DNA from: Gammaproteobacteria bacterium
GTDB lineage: Bacteria > Pseudomonadota > Gammaproteobacteria > Eutrophobiales > Eutrophobiaceae
NCBI GenBank assembly: GCA_965116495.1
Contig: OZ220696.1
Coordinates: 4,192,001 to 4,256,000 of the forward strand
Length of the DNA stretch: 64,000 nt
Direction of reading: 5' to 3'
In this document: piece by piece, positions 40,780-51,217 of the stretch
How the letters are laid out: each line of letters starts with the position of its first letter
Position numbering within the stretch: the stretch's first letter is position 1
Notes under the pieces: generated by a model
Databases searched by the model: none
What the model was told of the DNA's origin: nothing
Seen by the model: only the letters and a program-made list of their open reading frames with translations
Program-made: the position numbers and the translations under genes

Positions 40780-41970
40780 TTACCCCCGGAGCAGTGCCTT
40801 TGTACCCTCCTGCCACGGCAATACCTGTATCGGACCGAGGGAATAGTTATGCGTTGTCCGGCACAGGCAGAACAATTCAGCCGTATTATTTTCAGAAGCA
40901 AAGGCCCTGAGTCCTTTCAAATCAGACTCGCCGGGCGAGGATTGTGATTTGATCTCAATGGCCCTGGGCGTATCATGCGGGCCGCGTGTCAAAACCAGGT
41001 CAACTTCCAGTCCGGTATTGGTGCGCCAGTAATAAAAACGGTAACCCGTCTCGTTATAGTCATTGGCCCTGATTAACTCGTTCACGATAAAGGTTTCAAA
41101 CAGCTTTCCATAACGGTAGCTGCCGGGTTTCAGTTCGGTTTGCAACTCTCCCCTGACGGCATTCAGCACACCGCAATCAAAAAAATAATATTTCGGGCTG
41201 TGGCGCAATTGTTTGCGTACCGAATAACTCCAGCCGTCAATGCGGAAAGCAACCAGGGTATCTACCAGTATGTCAAAATACTCCTGCGCGGTTTTCACGC
41301 TGACACCGCTGTCCCGGGCAATGGAGGAATAATTCACGGGTTCGCCGTTGACCTGTCCGGCAATATCAAGCAGGCGCATGAAATGGTCGACTTTCCTGAC
41401 CAGGAGCTCCTGTATGACCTCTTCCTTGAGATAGGTTTCCACGTAGGCTTTCAGTGAGCGCCTTGCCGAGGACAGGGTTTCCTGGTAGAAACCCGGTAAG
41501 GTGCCGATGGTAAGCGCCTTGCGCAGGTCGGGTTCCACCTCCTGTGAGCTCAGGGGGTGCAGCTTCAGCGTCCAGGCGCGTCCGGCCAGGAGATTGGCCC
41601 CGGACCGTTTCAACTTCCTGGCGCTGGAACCCGTTAACAGGAACTGAACCCGGCCTTTATGAGTCTCTATCAGGTAATGTACCTCATCCAGGAGTCCGGG
41701 CAGTTTCTGCACTTCGTCGACAAGCACGGTCAGCGTTTCCTGTGCGGGAATATCCCGCAGACTTTGTTCGATTTCGAGGCGAAATAGGCCCGGTTCGGAG
41801 ATATAGCGCCTGAACGCGTCAAGGCTCAGCAAATCAATGCTTGCAGTGTGGCGCGCCCGGGCCAGGTAATGCTGTGCCAGCACAGTCTTTCCCACCCCCC
41901 TGGGGCCAAACAGGAAGGCGGACTTTTTTCCCTTGAGAAGTTTGACCAGGTTGAGTTTTCTTTCATACAT
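40780..41970 (-). CDS. AAA+ ATPase with DUF4143 C-terminal domain
   Basis: GPRGVGKT, VDEVQK, LTGSS, KYYFFDCG, EVD...AIEIK. Confidence 0.9.
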   Translation of the reverse strand: MYERKLNLVKLLKGKKSAFLFGPRGVGKTVLAQHYLARARHTASIDLLSLDAFRRYISEPGLFRLEIEQSLRDIPAQETLTVLVDEVQKLPGLLDEVHYLIETHKGRVQFLLTGSSARKLKRSGANLLAGRAWTLKLHPLSSQEVEPDLRKALTIGTLPGFYQETLSSARRSLKAYVETYLKEEVIQELLVRKVDHFMRLLDIAGQVNGEPVNYSSIARDSGVSVKTAQEYFDILVDTLVAFRIDGWSYSVRKQLRHSPKYYFFDCGVLNAVRGELQTELKPGSYRYGKLFETFIVNELIRANDYNETGYRFYYWRTNTGLEVDLVLTRGPHDTPRAIEIKSQSSPGESDLKGLRAFASENNTAELFCLCRTTHNYSLGPIQVLPWQEGTKALLRG

Positions 41971-42298
41971 ACTCCATAAATATATTATAAATTTGGAGTA
42001 TAGTCAATATTGTTCTAACTGATCGCGTTCCAGAGACGAGGGTGTGCAATGTGCGACCAGACCCCGTTTGCGCGGAAATTTCCACAGCCCGCTTCCGAAA
42101 AACCTCATAACGCACCCCGGCTTTCCGGCAGGCGATCCTGATCCGGTACTCAAACCGGCCTTCCCGGCCATCCGTGTCATAAATCACCACCGCCGGCCGC
42201 TTGCCGGTCACGTGACTGAAAAACAGCGCTATCAACGACAACATGCTGAGACCCAACAGCTTCATCAGCAACCTTTTGATACGGGTTAATACCATCAT
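41963..42298 (-). pseudogene. internally deleted copy of the secreted nuclease-fold gene
   Basis: Matches 47009-47611 minus 339 bp, deleted between two CAGCGC hexamers. Confidence 0.85.
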
Positions 42299-42620
42299 AA
42301 GGACGTTTTCAGCAGGATGTCGCAGTGTTGAGAATCAGATATCATGCTCGAAAACATAGCTGGCAATATACCATGAAATGATAGGAATATCAAATGGATA
42401 CCTTCATACAAGCTGTTATAAAACGGCACCGGATGAATGTGCCGTGAAGTAATTTCGAAGTCGTCGAAATGCCCTGGGAATACCGTCCCCGGAACTCCAA
42501 ATGTAATATAGCGCTATACGAGATTTTGTATAAAATAGCCTGATGAAACACAATGTCTGCAGGAAGCGTGCTGGCTGACATTCGGTATTTTCCGTCAATA
42601 ATGATTTCAGGGGTGTGATG

Positions 42621-42920
42621 ATGGGCAAGAAAGACAGGCACATTACAGAATCCTCCGGCAATGTCTTTGCTGATTTAGATTTTGAGCGACACGAGGCTAA
42701 AAACCTGCTGGTACGCGCCAGGCTCATGGCAGCGACAAAAACCTATATCGAATCTGAAGGAATCACGCAACGCGAGGCGGCTGAACGCTTCAACGTAGCC
42801 CAGCCCCTCATCAGCGAAATTTACCAGGGTAAGATCGAGTTATTTTCTGCCGACAAGTTGATCAACATGCTTGCCCGGGTAGGGCGGCATGTGGAGATTT
42901 CCATAAATGAAGCTGCCTGA
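42621..42920 (+). CDS. XRE/HigA-like HTH antitoxin (orphan)
   Basis: ITESSGNVFADL...TQREAAERFNVAQP..SEI...FSADKL. Confidence 0.85.
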   Translation: MGKKDRHITESSGNVFADLDFERHEAKNLLVRARLMAATKTYIESEGITQREAAERFNVAQPLISEIYQGKIELFSADKLINMLARVGRHVEISINEAA

Positions 42921-42978
42921 CCTGAAGTAGCTCAGGATGGCAGGATAGATTTACTAAGACGGATACTGAGGAGACACC

Positions 42979-43248
42979 ATGACCGACCTCAACATTGACG
43001 ATTGCATCAACGAGACCTGCCCCTGGTCGGGCAAGCCGGTGCAGGCCGACTCGCTGGCCTTGTACGGCGATGATGTCGTCGGATTCTGCAATCCGGGCTG
43101 CCGTGACAAGTTTGAAAGCGCGGTCAGGCATTTTGAAAAAGCGAGGGCGTCGAGTGTAGAACGTATCAGGCAGGCCATGTCTGAACAGGGAAGGCCGCTG
43201 GAGGAATTCACTGCTGAGTTTGAAGCCGGGAACGGTATCAGTCGGTGA
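42979..43248 (+). CDS. small YHS/TRASH-like Cys protein (copy 3)
   Basis: CPWSGKPV...GFCNPGCRDKF motif; GAGGAG RBS. Confidence 0.7.
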   Translation: MTDLNIDDCINETCPWSGKPVQADSLALYGDDVVGFCNPGCRDKFESAVRHFEKARASSVERIRQAMSEQGRPLEEFTAEFEAGNGISR

Positions 43249-43308
43249 AATAATTCAGGATCGATTTTGCAGAGTTACGGAGTCAACATATCAACAGGTA
43301 CAGAGACA

Positions 43309-43491
43309 ATGGAACAGGAACGCATAATTTATTCACTAAACATTGAAGATGTGCAAACAGTGGCATCCGAGATATTGGATCGTCATTTGTCAACAAACGA
43401 GATTGCACAGATTGAAGATGCACTGGCCGAAAGGATCAACTGGTTTGAAGCAATCGCTGGCGCTATTTCAGAAAATTTGGGTCACCGGTGA
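43309..43491 (+). CDS. small hypothetical protein
   Basis: MEQERIIYSLNIEDVQTVA...INWFEAI; its 3' end is reused at 60537-60569. Confidence 0.55.
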   Translation: MEQERIIYSLNIEDVQTVASEILDRHLSTNEIAQIEDALAERINWFEAIAGAISENLGHR

Positions 43492-43962
43492 CAGCCGGCT
43501 TGTTACAGGAGTTTAAGGAACTGATTTAATCACGCCCATCTGCACCCCTATGCTAATGGAGTATTGTGCGTTCGGATAGGTTGCCTTTCCTGATTGATTT
43601 GTTTAAGGTCTCTGCCTGCAATTATAGGTTTTTGAGGCGCGGATGGCATTTCTATTTGGAAGGGATGGCGCGTTTTTGAAATCAAAATAGACACCGTTAT
43701 TTTCAGGGTCAATATAGAGCGTATGTAGGTTATCAATACCGAAGTCCCAGCGTCTTCGGATACCGTCGAGATAGTAAACAGCCTCTTATGTTCCCGTGCC
43801 GAGTATGGTAACTGCGCCGGATTTTTTATCGTTGTTGACGGTGCTTTGCTATGAAATACACAGAATCGACCCTGACCATGCCTGGTGTTGGGGTGAGTGA
43901 GATAGTAAATTCTTAGCAATAATGAGATCTGTCAGTGACACATCGACTTTTATGAAGATGCT

Positions 43963-44397
43963 TTGATGAGGAATCAACGAGATAACATGGTATTTGTGGT
44001 CGCGTTATCCAAAGCGACATTTAAGCAGGGTGGGGACTATTCATGGATTGATGTTGTTGAGAAGGACAAACACTATTTTCATCCCATAGGAAGAGGATGG
44101 CCGAAAGAACCTCCCAACTACATTGCGTTTCGATATGACGGAATACTCCAGAGTGTTCACTATATTGAAAGCTATGAAGTCGTGACCAACCCTTGCGCTA
44201 TCAACGAGAACTGGCTGGAAGCAGACTACGAACAATATTTATATAAGCTCGGCCCGGCAATGAAGCCATCGGAAACAGTGAGAAGCGGCCCCATTTGGAA
44301 CAGCCGTTGTCGTTGCATTATAGACACCTTGCTATCAGGTTCCTGCAAAACCGTTAGTGAGGCTGTAGCAGAAACGAAAAGGCGAATTATGATCTGA
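43963..44397 (+). CDS. hypothetical protein, possibly a detached C-terminal domain of a nuclease
   Basis: YFHP...GWPKEPPNYIAFRYDG motif; no clear RBS, may be 5'-truncated. Confidence 0.45.
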   Translation: MMRNQRDNMVFVVALSKATFKQGGDYSWIDVVEKDKHYFHPIGRGWPKEPPNYIAFRYDGILQSVHYIESYEVVTNPCAINENWLEADYEQYLYKLGPAMKPSETVRSGPIWNSRCRCIIDTLLSGSCKTVSEAVAETKRRIMI

Positions 44398-44540
44398 GAG
44401 TCAGGTCGAATTAAGATACCTCAAGACTTCAATCAGTCACCCTTCAGGTAATAACCTGTCCCGGCCCCTCACAGTTGCCAGAAGGGTATCCAGGCGTTTC
44501 CGGAATCAGTGTTCACTGGAGGTTGAGTAAGTATTCACCA

Positions 44541-44620
44541 TTACCATATCGGATGCTCTATCCAGTTTTCTGGTACTCCCATAGTTGCCCGCCATTTCCT
44601 GTCTTCTGCAATGGGCTTAA
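44541..44620 (-). pseudogene. 3' remnant of an Abi (AbiD/F-like) gene cut by IS1634
   Basis: Reads KPIAEDRKWRATMGVPENWIEHPIW*, resembling the MGFPxNW...W Abi C-terminus; abuts the IS end. Confidence 0.5.
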
Positions 44621-46707
44621 CCCAAGTTTACCAATCTAAAAAATAAATCGTTATATGTCAATGGGTTAGATTGACATAATTCCGCTTATGGCACTACATT
44701 CGCGCCATGTTGCGGACGCTGTACTCAGACGATCTCTTTCTGCGTACCGCCGGGTGGTCCACGAATTCCCAAGGCGTCCAGGATGGCCTGTTGCGGCGGT
44801 TCCGGACGGGTGGCCTTGCGCACGTGCACGGTACGTCCGTCTTTGCGCCGGACCGTGGCGGTCACCCGCTGACGGGCGCCGAGGATGCGCCGCAGCGTGG
44901 TCCAACTTGCGTTGCGGCAGGATTCATCGCCGTGCGCGGCCAGACGACGGCGGACCACCTGGACCAGTTGGTAGGCGATGACGGTGATGAACAGGTGGCC
45001 CTCGGCGCGTCGGGGCGTGCGGTGATAGATGGGGCGCAATCCCAGCTCGGATTTCAAGGCGCGGAACACTGCTTCGATGTCGGTGAGCAGGGTGTAGGTC
45101 TGCCACAGCCGCGCCTCATCCCAGTCGGTGAGGTTGCTGCGCAGGCAATAGATGCCGGGGTGGGTGAGCATCGAGCCGGTGACCGGCTGGCGCTGCCAGC
45201 GTACGGCCACGGCCCGTTGGCCCTTGGCATCGGTGTCGACCTCGATGGTATAGTGCTGGCCGATGCCGTGGCTGCGGGCTTTCAAGCGTCCGATACGTTC
45301 CCGGACGTAGCCTGGCTGCTTGCGCGTACGCGGCCGGGACAGGCCCTCGTGCAGCGCGCTGAGGCCCTGCTCAAAGCGCGCCATGAAGCGTTCGGCGATG
45401 GCGCGCTCTTTCTCGGCCCGCGCCGCCGAGTAACAGTACAGGCGCACCTCACCGGCCTTGGCATCGGCCACCTGCTCCAGTTGGACCGTCTCGCCCCCAC
45501 GGGTACGATGGGCCAGGGCGGCGTCCACGTCGAACCGGCGCTGTTGTTCCCGGCTCACCACGATGTAACGGTAGTCGTTATCCTTGAGCCAGGTGACCTG
45601 CGCCTCGGTGGCGATGCCCCGGTCGAGAATGACCAAGGCCCCCGGCGGGGTCTTGAGCGCCTCCAGCATCCCGGCCAGGGTGGTCTCCTCGCGCACGTTG
45701 CCGGCAAACACCCGTGAACGGCGCACGAAGCCGCTCGCATCGAGCACCAGCCCCAGGGTGAGCAGCTTGCAGTCGCTGCGTTTCTCTTTCGAATGGCCGC
45801 GCTGCGCCAGCGGCTGCCCGTGGGCCTCGCCCTCGTAGTAGGTGTTGGTCAGGTCATACAGGGTGACCGTCGGCGCCAGGTCAAACAAGTCCATGGCCTG
45901 CGCGAACAGGTGTGTCTCAATGACCGCACGGTGTTTGAGCAGCGCATCGGAAGCCCGGTACAACTGCATGGCGCCCATGCGTTCGAAGTTCACGTCCAGC
46001 AACTCGCCCAGGGCACTGCGCTCGCATAACCAGGCATGGGTGGCCCGCTCCGAGGCCGGGCACGCCAGCCGGCCCACGATGGAGCCGATGGTGGCGGCGC
46101 GCAGGGATGCATTGACGCCCTGTGCCGCGAGTAACTCGTCCAGCCCCACCTGTGCCAGGGCCCACAACCCCACCTGCTCCACGCCCACGCTGCGCGGGCG
46201 GGTCAAGGCCAGCGAGTCCAGATCGACTGCCATCCACGCCGGCGCCGTTCCCGTCTCGTCCGGTCGAGACCGGGCCAGCAGTTGGGCGCTAATCTGTTGT
46301 GCCGCACTCTCCACGCCGGCGGGCAGGCTCGCCAGCAGCGACGTCTGGCCCTGGCGCAACGCCTCAATACGTTGGCACAGGGTCGGCCAGTGTTGTTTAT
46401 CGATAGCAAACTCGCTGCCGAGGTTCAGCAGGGTGCGTTGGCGCACCTTGGTGCCCGCGCGCTCACTGTGCACCAGGCGGTGGGAGTAATAGGCCTGGCC
46501 GTCGGTACGGCGGGTGAGGGTACGGCGGATGAACATAGGGGGAGAGGATACCGCTCTACCACACCGATGTCAATATAAATATTCATATTATGGCACTACA
46601 ATGGCCAGACAACCCGTCACTCACCAAAAATCAATGCGTTACGATGACGAACCCGGCAGAAAATAGCAACATCCAACTAAATGCCAGTGAATCTTGGTAA
46701 ACTTGGG
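44621..46707 (-). mobile_element. IS1634-family insertion sequence
   Basis: Perfect 14-bp IRs CCCAAGTTTACCAA/TTGGTAAACTTGGG; flanks TTAA and TTAG; high GC; internal direct repeat TTATGGCACTACA at 44686 and 46588. Confidence 0.9.
44725..46536 (-). CDS. IS1634 DDE transposase
   Basis: VRQRTLLNLG, YDLTNTY, RGHSKEKRSD, LDRGI, IEAVFRALKSELGLRPIYH. Confidence 0.93.
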   Translation of the reverse strand: MFIRRTLTRRTDGQAYYSHRLVHSERAGTKVRQRTLLNLGSEFAIDKQHWPTLCQRIEALRQGQTSLLASLPAGVESAAQQISAQLLARSRPDETGTAPAWMAVDLDSLALTRPRSVGVEQVGLWALAQVGLDELLAAQGVNASLRAATIGSIVGRLACPASERATHAWLCERSALGELLDVNFERMGAMQLYRASDALLKHRAVIETHLFAQAMDLFDLAPTVTLYDLTNTYYEGEAHGQPLAQRGHSKEKRSDCKLLTLGLVLDASGFVRRSRVFAGNVREETTLAGMLEALKTPPGALVILDRGIATEAQVTWLKDNDYRYIVVSREQQRRFDVDAALAHRTRGGETVQLEQVADAKAGEVRLYCYSAARAEKERAIAERFMARFEQGLSALHEGLSRPRTRKQPGYVRERIGRLKARSHGIGQHYTIEVDTDAKGQRAVAVRWQRQPVTGSMLTHPGIYCLRSNLTDWDEARLWQTYTLLTDIEAVFRALKSELGLRPIYHRTPRRAEGHLFITVIAYQLVQVVRRRLAAHGDESCRNASWTTLRRILGARQRVTATVRRKDGRTVHVRKATRPEPPQQAILDALGIRGPPGGTQKEIV

Positions 46708-46717
46708 TTAGTGTTAG

Positions 46718-46940
46718 GGAAGCTCTGATCAAGTCCGTCCGGGACTTGTCAGAGCACGCACAAATCGGCGGGATAGCCGATTTGCACAACTTGTTGCCGC
46801 CTTGCGGCGAGCTACCAGGATGTAGCGAGTGAAAACAAAAATGCGATTTTTGTTTTGCTCCCAAAATCAATGACCTACAGTCATTGATTTTAACGGCACA
46901 TCCCTGTACCGTAGGAACCTCTGACTTAATCAGAGGTTCC
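46718..46940. mobile_element. 223-bp MITE with IS5-like ends
   Basis: IRs GGAAGCTCTGATCAAGTC / GACTTAATCAGAGGTTCC (16/18); TTAG duplicated on both sides. Confidence 0.7.
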
Positions 46941-47008
46941 TTAGCTTAATAACAGCTGCCACGCCTCTCACTGAAGCGCTACCTTGGCGGCTTTTTTTTG
47001 CCCAGGGT

Positions 47009-47611
47009 TTATATAGACAGGGAGGACGTTAAAAATTTCCCGGAATCACTCCGACCAACAGCCCGCTTCCGAAAAACCTCATAACGCACCCCGGCTTTCC
47101 GGCAGGCGATCCTGATCCGGTACTCAAACCGGCCTTCCCGGCCATCCGTGTCATAAATCACCACCGCCGGTCGCTTGCCGGTCACGTGACTGAAAAACAG
47201 CGCCTGCTGTACGCTGTCCAGGCTGCTGCGCTTATCCAGGCCACCCTCGTAAACCATTGTGCCGGTCTCACAATCCACTTCCACGTAATTGCGGCCGCCG
47301 GCAGACGTGTACCCATGACGGGTTTCCGTCTCCCCGTTGACCATGGTACAAAACCAGCGATTGTAATCATCCTCTGACGCAGTCGTGCGCGGCGCCGATC
47401 GGTCTGTTTTATTCATCGGCGCCAATGGGTTGCCCTGTGCGGGATGGCCGGACCGTGCACCCTCATGGCAATGCCGCGGCAGTTTACCTGCGTGACAGCC
47501 CTCGGAGTTCGTGCGTACGGGATGTCCCTGGATTGGCAGCGCCATCAGCGAGAACATGCTGAGACCCAACAGCTTCATCAGTAACCTTTTGATACGGGTT
47601 GATACCATCAC
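47009..47611 (-). CDS. putative secreted protein: His/Cys (YHYH-like) motif + PD-(D/E)XK-like domain
   Basis: Signal-like N-terminus; HPVRTNSEGCH...HCH; E...VDC...YEGGLDK...QAL..TGKRPAVVIY. Confidence 0.6.
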   Translation of the reverse strand: MMVSTRIKRLLMKLLGLSMFSLMALPIQGHPVRTNSEGCHAGKLPRHCHEGARSGHPAQGNPLAPMNKTDRSAPRTTASEDDYNRWFCTMVNGETETRHGYTSAGGRNYVEVDCETGTMVYEGGLDKRSSLDSVQQALFFSHVTGKRPAVVIYDTDGREGRFEYRIRIACRKAGVRYEVFRKRAVGRSDSGKFLTSSLSI

Positions 47612-47933
47612 AAGGGCCTTTTCAACAGGATATAGCAGTGTTGAGAATCATATTTCATGCTCGAAAACATAGCTGGCAATATACCATGAAATGGTAGGAA
47701 TATCAAATAGATAATTTCAGATAATCTGTTATAAAACGGCGCCGGATGAATGTGCCTTGAAGTATTTTCGAAGTCGTCGAAATGCCTCGGGAATACCGTC
47801 CCCGGAACTCCAAATTTAATATAGCGCTATACGAGAAGTTGTATAAAATAACCTGATGAAACACAATGTCTGCAGGAAGCGCGCCGGCGAACATTCGGAA
47901 TTTTCCGTCAATAATGATTTCAGGGGTGTGATG

Positions 47934-48233
47934 ATGGGCAAGAAAGACAGGCACATTACAGAATCCTCCGGCAATGTCTTTGCTGATTTAGGGTTTGACC
48001 GACATGAGGCTGAAAACCTGTTGGTACGCGCCAGGCTCATGGCAGCGACAAAAACCTATATCGAATCTGAAGGAATCACGCAACGCGAGGCGGCTGAACG
48101 ATTCAACGTCGCCCAGCCCCGCATCAGCGAAATTTACCGGGGTAAGATCGAGTTATTTTCTGCCGACAAGTTGACCAGCATGCTTGCCCGGGTAGGGCGG
48201 CATGTAGAAATTTCCACAAATGTGGCTGCCTGA
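47934..48233 (+). CDS. XRE/HigA-like HTH antitoxin (orphan, second copy)
   Basis: Near-identical to 42621-42920. Confidence 0.85.
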   Translation: MGKKDRHITESSGNVFADLGFDRHEAENLLVRARLMAATKTYIESEGITQREAAERFNVAQPRISEIYRGKIELFSADKLTSMLARVGRHVEISTNVAA

Positions 48234-48253
48234 TCCAGGAAAGCTCAGGGTCG

Positions 48254-48583
48254 CTATTTTACGGCCTGTTCGATGGACCGCTTGACAAACTCATTCAGGT
48301 TGAGATCTCTCTCTTTCGCTGCGATAAGGGCATGCCTGTGCAACTCTGGTCCTATACGGACATTGAATGAGCCTTTGCATGGTTTGGCCGGCTCCCTGCC
48401 AAGCTTTTCGCAATCCAGCAGGTAGTCATCCACTGCATCCTTGAAGGCCTGTTCCAGCTCTTCAATGTTTTGACTTTCATAGCTGACCAGCGGTTCGATG
48501 AATTCCAGTTTTCCGTACAGACAATTATCCTCTACGCTGGCTTGCGCAGAACCGTAAAAGCCCTTGTATCTGAATAAACTCAT
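48254..48583 (-). CDS. hicB: HicB antitoxin
   Basis: YKGFYG...AFKDAVDDYL..C...KGSFNVRIGPELH. Confidence 0.9.
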   Translation of the reverse strand: MSLFRYKGFYGSAQASVEDNCLYGKLEFIEPLVSYESQNIEELEQAFKDAVDDYLLDCEKLGREPAKPCKGSFNVRIGPELHRHALIAAKERDLNLNEFVKRSIEQAVK

Positions 48584-48828
48584 AACATTTTCGCCCGTGT
48601 CAGTTTCTCCAGGACCAGTTTGACCGCATAATGTTTCACTTGGTTGCCCGGGTGTGGTCTATGCAAATTGATTGTATCGTCCGGGTTGCCGTTATCGAAT
48701 TTTACCCTTGAGCCATCCCCCTGGATCTCTTTATAGCCCAGCGACTTCAACAACGTGACTAATTCCTTCCATGTAACAGCTCGTTTGCCATCCAACAATC
48801 TGGCTTTCAATTTATCACGCCTTCCCAT
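48580..48828 (-). CDS. hicA: HicA toxin
   Basis: TWKEL..LL..LGY...GSRVKF...LHRPHP...KHYAV. Confidence 0.9.
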   Translation of the reverse strand: MGRRDKLKARLLDGKRAVTWKELVTLLKSLGYKEIQGDGSRVKFDNGNPDDTINLHRPHPGNQVKHYAVKLVLEKLTRAKML

Positions 48829-48965
48829 AGTTGGATTATATGGAAACTCAGCTTCAAGTGCAACTATAAGTTAGTTGCTATTTATAAAACTGGATAATTT
48901 AGTTTTGTGCCCATAGAATTCACAGAACTCATTGACAGCGAAATTAATCGCAAAGAGGTGGACTG

Positions 48966-49104
48966 ATGAAAAATGAACTGTTCAATGAACTGCTCAAAAG
49001 TATGCACGAGATGGACCGGATAGTTCAGGGCGAGTCAGCGCCGGGCAGGGTAACCCGGTTTACCGAATCGGAGGTCAAGCAGATTCGCGAAAATACCGGC
49101 CTCT
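48966..49104 (+). pseudogene. NadS/HigA-like antitoxin truncated at the start of its HTH
   Basis: MKNELFNELLKSMHEM...EVKQIRENTGL, then joined to the YHS-like gene RBS. Confidence 0.7.
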
Positions 49105-49116
49105 TAAGGAGGCGTC

Positions 49117-49386
49117 ATGACCGATCTCAACATTGACGATTGCATCAACGAGACCTGCCCCTGGTCCGGCAAGCCGGTGCAGGCCGACTCACTGGCCTTG
49201 TGTGGCGATGATGTCGTCGGGTTTTGCAATCCTGGCTGCCGCGACAAGTTTGAAAGCGCGGTCAGGCATTTTGAAAAAGTGAGGGCGTCGAGTGTAGAAC
49301 GTACCAGGCAGGCCATGTCTGGACAAGGACGGCCGCTGGAGGAATTCACCGCTGAGTTTGAAGCCGGGAAGGGTATCAGTCGGTGA
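49117..49386 (+). CDS. small YHS/TRASH-like Cys protein (copy 4)
   Basis: Near-identical to 42979-43248. Confidence 0.7.
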   Translation: MTDLNIDDCINETCPWSGKPVQADSLALCGDDVVGFCNPGCRDKFESAVRHFEKVRASSVERTRQAMSGQGRPLEEFTAEFEAGKGISR

Positions 49387-50032
49387 GATAATTCCGTATC
49401 GATATAGCGGAGTTACCGAGTCAACAATAATTCATTGTCAATGGCCGAGTTAGAACTGAATTTAGTGTTCAGTTGTTGAAAAAAGCGTATCTAATTGACT
49501 ATCGCAAAACAACCAAAAGGATATTCGTACAATAATCACCAAACTTCCCAAAATTTCATAGCTTGGGCTTACTTACGGTAGGCAAAGTGAGCCCAAGCTA
49601 AAGAATCTCAAATAAGGTGTCTTTGGGTTCCCAGGCCACCATGGTGTTTTTTATTTCAGCCCAAAATAAGTCGTCGAGCCTATTTGGATCAGGCAAATGC
49701 ACCAAGTCTGCCTTGACTCTTCTTATTCGAGGTTCGCTCCTCCCATTTTTAGTCATCAGCACCACCGTGCCAGGCGGGTCAAATTTCATTGGTTCGTTGT
49801 ACATATTCTGTCTCCTGATCCTGCATCATTGTAAGGCAAATAGTGGAATATCATCTTAAAGGTTCAGTATTGATATCTCCTAAGATATCGGTGGCCAACC
49901 GGTGCTAAAACAACTGCAGGATAATCAAGTAATGTATCCCTGGAATTTAGAATATTAAATTGTACATTTTAGATCAATAAGTTATGGGCTAAATGATTGC
50001 GAAAATTCATTACATATATTAAAGTTCAGCAC

Positions 50033-51178
50033 ATGGAAAAATTAATTAATATCATCAAGCAATATTTTGATACAGGTTCTTATAGTAGCGAAGAAGCGGT
50101 AAGAGCACAGATATGTTATCCAATTCTACAGAATCTGGGTTGGGATATATACTCTCCCGTTCATGTTGCCCCTGAATACAAAATTGATAATCTAAAAGCG
50201 GATATTGCATTATGCCATTCACCAAATGAACCGGTAATCTTTATCGAAGTAAAAGCTCCAGGTAAATGCTCTCCACAGGGCCAGGATCAGGTTTTCGATT
50301 ATGCTGCCCGGCAAGGTGGAATTCCCATGATCATTTTTACCGACGGCAATGAATGGCATTTTTACAATAGCTATGGCTCGGGAGACTATCTGTCAAGAAA
50401 AGTAAAAAGCATCCAACTTACGAAAGATGATTTAAATGATTGCCTTATCCATTTCAGCCGTTATCTGCAATTTGAACATGTAAAAACGGAACAGGCTTTT
50501 GAGAATTTACGCCTTGATTATGAACGAGCCCGGTCGGCTAATCGAGCTAAATCTAAAATTCCTGAAGCCTGGGACCAGCTGGTTGTCAATTTAGACGAGG
50601 CTTTGATTAAGATTGTTGTTGACAGAGTAAAGCTGATTAGCGATGGAAGGTATACGCCGAAAAAAGAAGATGTAGCGGAATTTTTGAAGGGATTTGGACC
50701 AGAAAATAAAGCCGTAAAGCCAATTAAGCCGCCAAAAGTGACCCATGCCGCGCAGGTAACTCGCGGTGATTTAGAAAGAGAAAAAGTAACATATCGATTT
50801 AAAATTAACGGTCAGGTAAAACAAGGCAAGAATGGTAAAGATGTGTATGTAAAGGTGCTCGATTATGTTATTAATAAATATGGTCGATTTAGTGAACTCA
50901 AAGATCAACAGTGGAACAATACTAAAAGCCGTGAATTTGGCTCAGGATATCATATATCAGAACATGAAAAAGATGTTCCCAAAAGAGCAGGACATAAAGC
51001 GAAATTAACGCAGAGTGGAGTCTGGGTCAATATCAACTTATCCGCGTCTGACATGTCAACAAAACTTCTCGCGGTCGGCAAGTATTATTATCGGGTTACG
51101 AATGGAAAAATCCTGGATGTGTGGGGTAGTGGTGCTGAGGTAGAGTTTGATATTCCAACGCGAATATCCAGCTCGTAG
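50033..51178 (+). CDS. HsdR N-terminal-type restriction endonuclease domain protein with C-terminal putative DNA-binding domain
   Basis: SEEAVR...PILQNLGW...PEY...ADIAL...IEVK...TDGNEW; low GC. Confidence 0.8.
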   Translation: MEKLINIIKQYFDTGSYSSEEAVRAQICYPILQNLGWDIYSPVHVAPEYKIDNLKADIALCHSPNEPVIFIEVKAPGKCSPQGQDQVFDYAARQGGIPMIIFTDGNEWHFYNSYGSGDYLSRKVKSIQLTKDDLNDCLIHFSRYLQFEHVKTEQAFENLRLDYERARSANRAKSKIPEAWDQLVVNLDEALIKIVVDRVKLISDGRYTPKKEDVAEFLKGFGPENKAVKPIKPPKVTHAAQVTRGDLEREKVTYRFKINGQVKQGKNGKDVYVKVLDYVINKYGRFSELKDQQWNNTKSREFGSGYHISEHEKDVPKRAGHKAKLTQSGVWVNINLSASDMSTKLLAVGKYYYRVTNGKILDVWGSGAEVEFDIPTRISSS

Positions 51179-51217
51179 ATTTACAGTCCTCACTAATTCT
51201 GCTTGCAGCAACATAAA

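Noticed and set aside
42390-42641. 83-aa minus-strand ORF present in both duplicated blocks (also 47703-47954)
   Set aside because: Overlaps the antitoxin gene antisense, many amino-acid differences between copies, no recognisable motif
43548-43919. 123-aa minus-strand ORF
   Set aside because: No RBS or motif; cannot be supported as a gene
44707-46489. Long plus-strand ORFs (336 and 215 aa)
   Set aside because: Antisense shadows of the GC-rich transposase gene
49598-49804. 68-aa ORF in a low-GC spacer
   Set aside because: Possibly a gene fragment, but no identifiable family
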